The notes under the pieces: model-generated
Seen by the model: only the letters and a program-made list of their open reading frames with translations
Databases searched by the model: none
What the model was told of the DNA's origin: nothing
Shown: positions 1 through 10,632 of the stretch, one piece after another
Layout of the letters: the number at the start of each line of letters is the position of its first letter
Position numbering within the stretch: the stretch's first letter is position 1
Assembly: GCF_006345805.1 (NCBI RefSeq)
Contig: NC_042999.1
Location: 98,828,001-98,892,000, forward strand
Direction: 5' to 3'
Source of the DNA: Octopus sinensis
Taxonomy: Eukaryota
DNA length: 64,000 nucleotides
Translations under genes and position numbers: made by a program

Positions 1-1504
1 TTTTGGGACAATGTGAAACAGGGCAGGACCTGTTGAGGAAAAGAAATTGTGTTGCAGTGTGCCTATATGTTGTGATCCTGAATTGGGCAGGGGACATATG
101 GCCCCTAGTCCCAGCCTTAGATGAACCTTGAAGCTAATTTTGATTTTGCAACCCACCAAATTTTAGCGGGTGCAAGCATACTAGCTGCACCTTTGTTCCT
201 GGCATCTTGGTGGCAACAGCAGTTAGCTCTTGCAAATAATGTATGTGTTTGCTTATAGTCCAGAATTCTGGAAGTGTGAGGAAAGTTCTGACATAATATC
301 AACATATGTTCAACCAAGAAAAATATAGATTAGCTGTCTATTTAAAATTTAATTTTTAGTCAGTTAGTCAATTACATCTCGTATAAGAACACTGTTGCTT
401 ATGTTTCATCAATGTTTTCTGATTGCCAATAGAGTTAATGTTTCATTGCTTACAAATTCAATAACATTAATGCTGTTTGAATGTGTTCTGATTGAATTAA
501 CAGCTATTTATTATCAGCAGAAAGTCAGTTTGGGGTATGCTGAACTGTTCAATTTCTTATTTCTCTTCATAATTGAAAGACTTTGAACTGTTGGCTCTAT
601 TGAACCTATAGGCTACTTTGAATTGATAGGTTACATTAAATTATAGGCTACATTCAGACTAGACTAAAGCAGTCTCTAAATGTCGGTCCTTTTACCAGAC
701 TCATATTTGAAGGTAAGAAGGTAAGGTAATCTTTAAGGTTTCATACAGAATACCACGTAATCATTGTTCCAGACCAGTACACTCCTGCCCAAATCAACCT
801 TGCCTTTTATCCTTTCAGGAGCCAATAGCAAAAGAATTAGTGGATATTCTTCTGTCTTTCTCTGTATTGTACCTGTAATGCAAAAGCTTAACCCTGTCAC
901 TTTGTGATATTCTGATTTAGCCATAGAATTATGTTAAGAGTACATGTCTCTGGAATATACAGCTACTTATGTGCTAATTTCATAAGCAGGAGATTAGTCA
1001 AACAAATGTACATTATCAACACTGATGGATAATCCATTACTGAATGAAGGTATGCATACATGTATATACAAATGCTTGCCCTGCATGCTAATATCAATTA
1101 ACAGGGAAGGCAAGCCAATGAACATACTTATAAATGGTTACTTGACCTACTAGAAATAGCAGCTGAATCTCTCTCCAGTCATGTCCTACCATACGAAATA
1201 AAGAAAAATACGTTGCAAAATGTAGTCTCCAATATACAAAAAAATGGACTGTCAAGGCTGGAACATCTATAATCAGATGTTTGCTAGATCTGACCTGGGG
1301 GCTAAACACCCTCCTCATCACTAACTCAAATAAAAACACACATACATTGATATTTATACATATATTAGTGTGAATTAATGAACATGTACATTATTTACAT
1401 TCGACAGATATTTGTCCTCATCTTGTTTGTTGTTAACACAATGTTTTGGCTGATATACCCTCCAGCCTTCTTCAGGTGGTGGTGCTGTTGCTGTTCAGGT
1501 CAAT

Positions 1505-1569
1505 ACTTGGAATCGAACTCGGAATCTTGGGGTTAGTAGCCTGTGCTCTTAGCCACTATGCCATATGCC
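1505..1569 (-). repeat. tRNA-derived SINE head (Pol III A and B boxes)
   Basis: Minus strand ggcataTGGCATAGTGGctaagagcacaggctactaaccccaagattccGAGTTCGATTCCaagt matches A-box and B-box consensus with tRNA-like spacing; no complete cloverleaf seen. Confidence 0.7.
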
Positions 1570-1666
1570 CGTGAGCAATTATGAAGTGAATTTTAGGGCT
1601 TATAAATCTAATAATAATATCGAAAAATACCTTAAGAATGAGAACCCAGGTTCGAAATTTCCCCAA

Positions 1667-1709
1667 GACACCTGAAGAAGGCTGGAGGGTATATCAGTCG
1701 AATCGTGTT
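1667..1709 (+). ncRNA. Degenerate minimal type-I hammerhead ribozyme motif
   Basis: GACAC-CTGAAGA-A-GGCTG(loop)CAGTC-GAAT-CGTGTT: helix II intact, but the GAAAC-GTT region is mutated. The sister copy on the minus strand (1434-1478) reads CAC-CTGAAGA-A-GGCTG..CAGCC-AAAACATT-GTGTT. Confidence 0.6.
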
Positions 1710-2078
1710 AACAACAAACAAGATGAGGACAAATATCCGTCGAATGTAAATAATGTACATAATTTCTCATCTCTTAAATATAGAATTGTGCTAATGAAGA
1801 TGTTTTGAGAAATGCATCATTAATTACACTAATGTTAAGTCTCCTCTGATAATATCTGAATCAGCAATACCCATCTCACAGAACAGCCATTCAAGAAATT
1901 TTCTTGCATGTGTTCATATGACTTTTATAGATTTCAAATTTAGTAACTTTTACTGGACAATACCACTTCTTTAGACTTGCACAATTTCTTTATATTTTTG
2001 GATATCAAGCAATTTCATTGATGTTTCATATTAGGTGTACTGTCAATATGTACCACTGCTTATTTTGAGGGTCAGATA

Positions 2079-2988
2079 TATAAGGTGGTATCAAACAGTT
2101 CCCACACTGGTTCTGTAGTGCACCAACAGATGGCAGCACTTGGTTGTGTGCACAGTAAGAGCCAGCAGGGACCTTCTTGAGGCAGTGTGCCAAATGACAT
2201 TGCTGTGCTTAATTTGCAAGTTGTGAAATTTGTGTTTTTGTGATCATTGCTGTAGCCTGTGGTTTTATCATAAACAAAGAACCAATGTGAAATTTTGTGT
2301 TAAACTTGGGAAGTCTGCTACGGAGACTTTGAACATGTTTTGGCAATGAGTTGTATGCAATGTTTTGAGTGGCATGGGTACTTCAGTAGCAGAATAATGT
2401 GCTTGGAAGAGTGTGCTTGGAAGACAGTGAGTGATATGGAAGACCTGCCATGAGTGCCACCCCTGGAAATGTGGTATTGTGCATCGAGAATTCGTCCCCC
2501 AGTGCCAGACCACCAATTGAGAGTTTTACTGCAATGTTTTGAAGCATTTGAGGGAGGAAAGTTGGCAAAAGTGACTAAATCTGTGGAGCACGAAGAATTG
2601 GATTCTTGATGACGACAATACACCCTGTCACTGAGCTCTTGTCACATGTGAGTTTCTCATCAGAAACAACATCATATCACTTCTGCACTTACCCTATTTA
2701 CCAGATTTAGCACCTGCAGACTTCCATCTCTTCCCAGGAAGAAGATGCAGCTCAAAGGTCACTATTTTAACTCTGTTGTCAAGATGCAGAGTGAATCACA
2801 GAATTTTCTTGACTCACTTACAGAAAATGACTTCCAGGCTGGATTCTAGAAGTGGCAGGAACACTGAGACCAGTGTATTACTGTGCAAGGTGACTATTTT
2901 GAAGGAGGTGATTTTAAAACTTAGGTAAATAAGTTATTTTTTTTATTAAACATAACTAGTCCAGGAACCTTTTGATGCCACCTTGTTA
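2079..2988 (+). mobile_element. Internally deleted, degenerate mariner (Tc1/mariner) DNA transposon
   Basis: ~30-bp imperfect TIRs (aaggtggtatcaaacagttcccacactggtt vs aactagtccaggaaccttttgatgccacctt). Decayed transposase pieces: QRTNVKFCVKLGKSATETLNM at the N-terminus and HLPYLPDLAPADFHLFP...QGDYFEG at the C-terminus, with stops and frameshifts. Confidence 0.85.
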
Positions 2989-4491
2989 GGATTTAGTGCT
3001 TTTTTTTTGTGGCTTTGTCTGTGGAGAATAGACAGTAACCCTGACCCTCTCCAGTATCTCCTGGTGGGAGAAAGGGACAAAGTTATCTGCAGTTCTCATG
3101 CTTGCAACACTCCACTAAAGGCACACGTAGGTCAGTTGCTTGAGTTAAATTGGGCAACAGATCAAAAATACTACCCAAAAATAAACACAATCCCTTTGAT
3201 ATGCTTTCACACAATTTCCATCTACTTAATTTCGCTCACAAGACTTTGGTTGAGTGAAGTGGTGTTCTTTGATGTTGTCATCCAATTCACAGTTTAGCTG
3301 TTAGTAACAGGATGAGAATACAGCTGAAGAAAACAATTAATCCATCAATAAGCATTAGCATATTGTTGGAACAATTGCATGTACAGGCATAAAAAGAGAA
3401 TTTCTATAGACATTACTTAAGAGAAATACCATCATAATATAGAAGATATTTGACATATATTGTACAAATAAATAGAATCATAAATACTGAGATCTTTATG
3501 AATTTTATTGATTTACACTCCTTAGTTTTTATAATAAGATTCCTAGCTTAAATAGGTTAGTCTTGGTTGACCCAAAGTTAATGTAGGAAACACTTGTCCA
3601 AGGTGCCATGCAACATGATCAACTACAAAATCATAAAATTGTGAAGTAAATATTTTAAACATACAGCAATGCCTGTGCCCATCATGTCAAAATTTAGTTT
3701 ATAATAAAAGCAAAATAAGGAACAAGTTTTAATCAAGCATATTAAAATGCTGATATTTGGTACATGATCCATTAGAAGCTTAATCACAAAGAAACTCAAA
3801 TACAAAATTAATCTTTTAAAATCAAGAATCTTTTTATAAAAGCTAAGTATAAATTAATATTCACTGCAAAATTTCAATATCTGTGATTATATTTATTTGT
3901 ACCATATAGATTATATATAGCATATATTGTCTATTTTATAATTAAATTTCTCTTAAGTAATGTCTTATTTGAATTCTTTTTTTATGCCTGTGCATGCAAT
4001 TATTCTGAGAATATGCTAATATTCATTGCTGGATTAATTCTTTCCTTCAGTTGGACACTCTTTCTATTACTAACAACTTAACTGTGACTCACATGACCAC
4101 ACCCTCGAACACTACTATAAAATCCAAGTAAAAAAACCCCACTAAAACTATCATGCACAAAAGTAGCTATCAATAAACTTTATTAACCATAAACAGTGTG
4201 CAGTGATTTACACCACCTGTGATAAATGCAGAACAGCTGTCATGGCTTGAAACTGAGTTCAAAATGTCTACCTCTGCTCTTGCCACTACAAACCTGACAG
4301 TGAAAAAAAAAGAGCATTATTTCCTTGACTCTTCCTACCACACTGAATTCATTAGTATAGGCCACTGCCTGTTAGAATGTACAGTTTTGTTTTCAATTCG
4401 GTTGAAGAATAGTATATATCCAGAGCAATGACTTTGTGGATTCTACCTAGTAATTTGACCCTCTACCTATGTGTTACTTCACTATGAAGTC

Positions 4492-4740
4492 ATCATCATC
4501 ACCATTTAACATCCATTGTCCATACTGGCATGGATTGGATGGTTTGACTGGGCTGGCATGCTAGAAGGCTGTGCCAGAATCCAGTCTGATTTGGCATGGT
4601 TTTCTACACCTGGATGCCCTTCCTAATGCCAATCACACTGAGAGTGTAATGGGTGCTCTTACGTGCCACTGGTATGGGTGTTATTTTTGGGACACCAGTA
4701 TCTGCTATGACTGCGATTTTGCTCAGCTTGATGGGTCTTC
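4492..4740 (-). repeat. Short copy of RTE 3' tail ((ATG)n-tailed repeat)
   Basis: catcatcatc...ccatactggcatggattggatgg...ggatgcccttcctaatgccaa...gtgctcttacgtgccactgg matches the 3' end of the RTE at 10633-10815. Confidence 0.8.
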
Positions 4741-4755
4741 TCAAACATGACATAA

Positions 4756-5070
4756 TGCCTCCATGAGGCTCAATACTTGAAAGGACCTAGGCCATTTTGC
4801 CTCCATGATGCCCAACACTCGAAAGGAATTCAGCCACTTTGCCTCCATAAGATCTGGGAGCTCGGCCACTTTACCTCCATGAAACTCAATGCTTGAAAGG
4901 AACTCAGCCACCTCATCCCCATGAGGCGCAACACTTGAAAGTAACTCAGCCACTTTGCCTCCATGAGGCTCAACACTTGAAAGAACTCAGCTACTTTGCC
5001 TCTGTCAGGCCCAATGCTTGAAAGGCACATGGCCACTTTGCCTCTGTGAGGCCCAATGTTCAAAGGTTGA
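4756..5070. repeat. ~42-bp minisatellite, about 8 diverged copies
   Basis: Unit approx. tgcctccatgaggctcaacacttgaaaggaactcagccactt repeated head-to-tail without unique spacers. Confidence 0.85.
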
Positions 5071-5485
5071 TTCTTTTTTACATGCCACCAGCACGGGTGT
5101 ACTTGGCTTGATGTGTTCTCTTAAGCAGCACACATCTTCAAAGGTCTTGGTGATTTTAAGAAATTATAATATGGGGTTATATTAGAAAGGTGGTAAAATC
5201 ACAGAACAACCTTCCTGGGTACAGTTCTACTTCAACATTTATCTAAATATATCATCTTCAATTATACAGTTTGAAAAATAAAAAAATTTTGCAATGGAAC
5301 ATATTCTATTAATATTTGGTCATTTTTATATTTCTATTACTGTCATTTTTATATTTCTATTAGTGTCAAGAAATATTTGCCTTTCTGATTTACAAGCATA
5401 TTTTCACAAATAGAACTTTATAATAATTTTAGATGTAAAATATTGTCTGAATGTTTATTTCTTATTTAATCTGTTTGTTGCTTAC

Positions 5486-5541
5486 CTTCCATTTATTTCA
5501 GCAAGGAATGCAGTTGTCCATTTGTTTAAAGTGCACTTCTG
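5486..5541 (-). CDS. Candidate isolated internal exon (QKCTLNKWTTAFLAEING), product unknown
   Basis: Minus strand: cttttatcttgtttattttAG acceptor, 56-nt exon, GAAG|GTAAGC donor; only one frame is open. No partner exons established. Confidence 0.3.
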
Positions 5542-6254
5542 CTAAAATAAACAAGATAAAAGCATAATCAATAAAAATAACAATGACAATAAATTAAGAA
5601 ACAAAAATTAATGAAGGAAAAGATAGTTTCTTTCTGGTAAATCAGTTGAGAACATTTGTGTAGAAACTCAGATTGTTTTGTTTTTAAAAAATATTTAAAA
5701 ATATTTCAGTTGTTCTCTGTTTTATACAAATCTCTTTATTTTTACTGTATAGCCAGTCATTCTATTGGCTGAATATGTTGAATCCATTTTAGTGCATAAC
5801 CCACTGGTATGTAAAGTGTGACATATACTTCCCTCTGCTGCACCTTGCAAAAATATCAGGCAAATTTTTTTTTACAGTTTATTTTTCTTCCTTTCTTTTC
5901 GTTTTTTTTTTGCTGTATTTAGTTTATTGATTTCTTCTATCAAAGTACTATTCAATATTCCTGTTAAACTGGTGCCAGACTTGAAAATGAAGATAGAATA
6001 GATTGGAATCTGCTATAGTCAGATAGGTGCTGTTGGCAAATGAAAAGATATGTTGCTTTATAAATACTAATTCACATTTTTTAAACTTTTAATTTATCTA
6101 TTTTTATCTATTAATCTCTCTCTCTATCTCGGTTTAAAACTTGCCTATCTAGCATATTTAAGTTGTTTTTATTTCTCTCGTGCTACCTCTAATCACATTA
6201 TATTAAAATCTATATTGATGTGAGGACAAGCAGCAATTCCGTTGTATCATATTT

Positions 6255-6264
6255 GATATATACA

Positions 6265-6320
<56 letters not shown>

Positions 6321-6445
6321 TAAAGTATATATATAAGTATATGTATGTATATGTATAAGTATATGTATATGTGTGTATATATATATGGTGCACCTGAGCA
6401 CTATATACAATAATTTCATTATTATTATTATTATAATATATATAT
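6255..6445. repeat. (TA)n/(TATG)n microsatellite
   Basis: Direct inspection. Confidence 0.95.
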
Positions 6446-8399
6446 AAGAAGGGGTGGTATTATTAAAATTTTTTTCCTCAACATGTGTATGTGTGTGTGT
6501 ATTAGTATTTATCTACCTGTCTTGACATTGCATGATTGTTTTAAATTAGTGTCATTGGCTTACAAGGTGTCATTTATTTCCAGTTTTCTGTGAAAACATA
6601 GCAGCCATGGGGAAATATCATCTTGCCTGGAAAAAAATAAGGGTTTGCAGCAGGAAGGGTATCTGGTTGTTGAAAATCTACCTTAATGAATTATCTGTGA
6701 CCCATACTAGCATGGAAAACTGGATGTTAAAACAATAGCAATTTGTAACTTTGGTAAAAGGCTACAGAGATGAGTATAGTGAACTATATGACTCTTAATC
6801 TGTTACCAGTAACTTATTTTGTTGATCTTAGAGTTATAATGACAACATTGATTTAGTAAAATTTAGACTAAAATGCAAAGGTAGATGAATAAATACTACA
6901 TGACAATTTGTCTAGTGCAGTACTATTCCAGCCATACAGTGCTGCTTTTGCTTTTGGTATAATAACTCAGAAATATTTGAAAAAGAAAACAAAACATTCC
7001 TTCTAAATTTTGGGACTGGATTGCAGATTCAATAATCTAGTACAATTGACAAAATAATAACTAAACGAATAAAAAAAAAGTTGGATGACAACTTGATAAC
7101 TTTCATATCTTTGGATACCACATGACTGCTTCCAATATTTACGACGTATAGTCTTTATATAAACTGAGATGCCATTCCAAGAAATCCTTACTTCACATTC
7201 AAGTTCACATAGATAAATGCAAAATTTTCTTTTCTTATCTCTGAACTCTATATTTACTCTTGTAAATTGTCTGAGATAAATATATGTAACAAGCTCTATT
7301 TCATGTCATAAATTGAATTCTTTGCAATTTTTAGGAAACTTTAGCGAATTCCTAAAACTTGAGATATTTTGGTTGAAATTTTCTTTAATTTAATTAAATG
7401 ATTAATTATTTTCAGACTAATATTCTTCAATAGGTTATGTTTTAATCTGTTTTTTTTTGTCATCAGATAGGAAGTTCAAACCAGGATGCTATATCTGAAG
7501 CTTTAGAAAATATTTACATCAAAATTTTTCTGCTGATAATTTACGTTATAATTATTGTTTTCTTTTTGTTTGTTTTCCTTAATAAAATAATCCCTTTATT
7601 GTGTTTTGGTGCTACATTTAGATAATTGTTTTTTAATTTTGTTTGGCTTTGTCATTTTTTTATATGTTTTTCTGTATCTTGTCATAGGATTTTCTGTGAT
7701 ATAAACAGTAACAAAGCTGATTTAGTTAATATCTACAGTATCACCGGCATATAAACACTGGCTGCTTGTCAATGTGATTTTCAATAGCTTGTCACCAAGG
7801 AAACTTTTAAGCACATCTGCTGAACTCAATAAAACATTGGTTCAGGCTTTCTGCATGTTTTTGATTTTGCAACAGTGAGGCTGCAATGCACTGTTACATG
7901 AACTGTGAATTTTTGTTAGAAATTGTTCTTGCAGAATTTTACTTTTTCCTTCTACTGACACAATTTCAGGTTTGACTGAAGGCTTACATTAATAAAAACA
8001 ATGTTAAGTGTGAAAAAGAAGCTCACATTTTCCTATTAAATAATCTGGCTATTATAAGTGATGAATCAATGGCTGCTATCACTTTGATTTTCTTTCATAT
8101 ATCCTTTATCTTTGTGTTTGTATGTTGTTTAAAATTGATGGATCAATAATAAGTGTTTTGTAATGGGACAGTGACTTAGTAGCTGAATGATTAGGCTGAA
8201 CAACTTAGATGTAAAGGAGGATAGTTCGGAATGGAAAACATTTGTGGTCATCCAAGCTTTAATCTCTTTATGAAATAAGTACTTGCAAAGTAGAAAGTTT
8301 GTGGTAATTAATGAACATTGTTTAGCTCCATAAGCTTGCTGGTGAGTTCACATTAGAACTTTTAATTTACTATGAATCATAAATTCATAAAGTGTGTGT

Positions 8400-8545
8400 A
8401 TCATCATCATCATTTAATGTCTGTTTTCCATGCTGGTATGGATTGGACAATTTAACAAGAGCTGGCCAGTTGGAGAGCTTCCCAGGCTCCAAATGTCTGT
8501 TTTGGCATGGTTTCTATGGCTGGATGCTCTTCCAAATGCAAACCA
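8400..8545 (-). repeat. Short copy of RTE 3' tail
   Basis: catcatcatcatttaatgtctgttttccatgctggtatggattggac...ggatgctcttccaaatgc. Confidence 0.75.
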
Positions 8546-8549
8546 CATA

Positions 8550-8764
8550 CAATTGGGGTGCTGAAAAGTTCCTGGCTTTAAGGATATTGTGAAAGGGCTG
8601 GTTGGAGGTCAAACATTCTGAGTTCTTTTATAGTCCTTAGCAAAATTAAGCAACTCTGAAATGAGTGTGTGAATCTGAGGGGGGAATATGTTGAATAAAA
8701 TCATAATTAACTGACCCTCCTGTATTTTTTTTACCAAAGTCAGGAATTTTCTAGCACCTCCTCA
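8550..8764 (+). mobile_element. Mariner-derived MITE (~215 bp)
   Basis: TIRs ggggtgctgaaaagttcctggcttt and aaagtcaggaattttctagcacctc with TA on both flanks. The interior retains the mariner terminal codons tgtgtgaatctgaggggggaatatgttgaataa (CVNLRGEYVE*). Confidence 0.75.
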
Positions 8765-9307
8765 TATATTGCATGTGTAGAAGCATTAGGGAATATGTAA
8801 ATAAATTTTTATTAATAATGTGTCTTGAATCTTCAAGAAACATGATTAATGAAGTCTTATACACATATATGCACATACATACACTCAAACATCCTAACAT
8901 ACATACACTCTCACACATATATGTATAGAGATATGAAGATTTTAATAGAAGTTTCAATGAAAATATTAACAATTTTAAAATTAATTAGTCCCTTGTAGAG
9001 CACAAGTTCTTCTACATTAGGGCTCTGATAGGTGTGTGCTTTTTCTTCTCAGTAAAGTATAAAATACTTTTACATACTTTTGCAATTTTGAACACAAACT
9101 CAGAATTGGCATATTTTTGTAGACTCTTCCATTGCTATTCATTGAGAAATATCCAAATAATACATACACACACACATTCTTCATTTTGGGATCACTACTA
9201 CTTTGTTATCTCCCCTACTTCTTAGCTCTCCAGTGTGACCCTTCTGTCCAGCATTCGCCATGATAGATCGGTAGCCACTACACACATTTTTTTCTCCTTG
9301 TTTCTCT

Positions 9308-9346
9308 CCTCTCTGTGGAAGAGCGTAGGCTCAAAACGTTAAAGAC
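9308..9346 (+). ncRNA. Degenerate hammerhead-like motif in a short repeat
   Basis: CTGTGGA-A-GAGC(gtag)GCTC-AAAAC-GTT-AAAGAC: helix II and palindromic AACGTT present; core positions A6 and G12 altered; helix I weak. Confidence 0.4.
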
Positions 9347-9433
9347 TTTTTCAATTCCCAAGCGTTATACTAATACATCTGTTTGTTTTCTACACCACCT
9401 GTTTTCGTGTTTTGCTTTTTTCCTGAATTCTCC

Positions 9434-9457
9434 CTATATGTATATATATGTATATGC

Positions 9458-9488
<31 letters not shown>

Positions 9489-9785
9489 TATGTATATGCA
9501 TATATATATATATGCATATATATATATATATACATATATATGTATATGCATATATATATATATGCATATATATTATATATATATATATATGCATATATGT
9601 ATATGCATATATATGTATATGCGTATATATGTATATATATGTATTTATATGTATATGCATATATATATATATATGTATATATCTGTATATGTATATGCGT
9701 ATATATATATATATATATATATACACATAGATATACATATATGCATATATATGTATATGTATATGTATATATATGTATATTCGTG
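9434..9785. repeat. Compound (TA)n/(TATG)n microsatellite
   Basis: Direct inspection; source of the IYIY-type ORFs in the track. Confidence 0.95.
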
Positions 9786-10084
9786 TAACATCGTCTGTTT
9801 TTCCGTCCTTGTTTCGTATACATTTGATCCTTTTCCCAAGGAATCTAATGCTCTTAGCTTAGTTTTTTCCTTGGAGCTGGCCAGATTGGAGCAATCTCAA
9901 GATTAATCAGCCAAAATTGCGAGGATGATCCGGTTCTTGACTGAAGATTAAAGGCTTCGAATGACCCGTCCGTGTTTTTTGCATCGTCTTATGGATGTTT
10001 TGCGTTCTTGTCCCATTTGTATTTTATATATATATAGCAGCATACATACACTTTGTTCTCTTTTATACAAGTATATATATATAT

Positions 10085-10522
10085 GAATGGTGCTTTTTAT
10101 GCACCACACCGGCACAGAAGCCAGTCGGGGCGGCACTGGCATCGGCCACGTTCGGATGGTGCTTTTTATGTGCCACCGGCACAGAAGCCAGTCGAGTCGG
10201 CGCTGGCAACGGCCATGTATGGATGGTGCTTTTTATGTGCCACCGGCACAGGTATCACAACTAGGCACAGCCTTGGCTGGCTTCCGTGCTGATGGCATGT
10301 TAAAAGCTCCAACTGATCGTGGCCGATGCCGGACCCCCCCTGGCACGTAAAAAGCACCCACTACACTCGCGGAGTGGTTGGCGTTAGGAAGGGCATCCAG
10401 CTGTAGAAACTCTGCCAGATCAAACTGGAGCCTGGTGCAGCCCCTGGCTTCCCAGACCCCGGTCGAACCGTCCAACCCGTGCTAGTGCGGAAAACGGACG
10501 TTAAACGATGATGATGATGATG
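10085..10522 (+). repeat. RTE 3'-tail copy with ~70-bp internal tandem repeats and (ATG)n tail
   Basis: Three units of atggtgctttttatgtgccaccggcacag..., then ...ggaagggcatccagctgtagaaac...ccaacccgtgctagtgcggaaaacggacgttaaacgatgatgatg. Confidence 0.85.
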
Positions 10523-10560
10523 ATATGGATGTTATGCGTTCTTGTCCCATTTTGTATTTT

Positions 10561-10596
<36 letters not shown>

Positions 10597-10632
10597 AAAA
10601 TACAAAATAAAATATATATATATATATATATA

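Larger units (their letters stand above)
1384..1760. mobile_element. Inverted-repeat element (~92-95 bp arms at 1384-1478 and 1669-1760), Penelope-like pseudo-LTR remnant; each arm carries a degenerate hammerhead motif
   Basis: Left arm atgtacattatttacattcgacagatatttgtcctcatcttgtttgttgttaacac...cttcttcaggtg is the reverse complement of right arm cacctgaagaaggctggagggtatatcag...gaatgtaaataatgtacat with few differences. Confidence 0.75.

Noticed and set aside
4756-5070. CRISPR-like periodic arrays (also 23160-23390, 10085-10250)
   Set aside because: Units are contiguous with no unique spacers, no cas genes are present and the context is eukaryotic: minisatellites.
9315-9906. Long ORFs (up to 157 aa) rich in IYIY/YAY/VC; similar ones at 6210, 15313-15645, 17066-17371, 28630-29445, 45480-46285
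   Set aside because: They are translations of (TA)n/(TG)n/(TATG)n microsatellites, which lack stop codons by construction.
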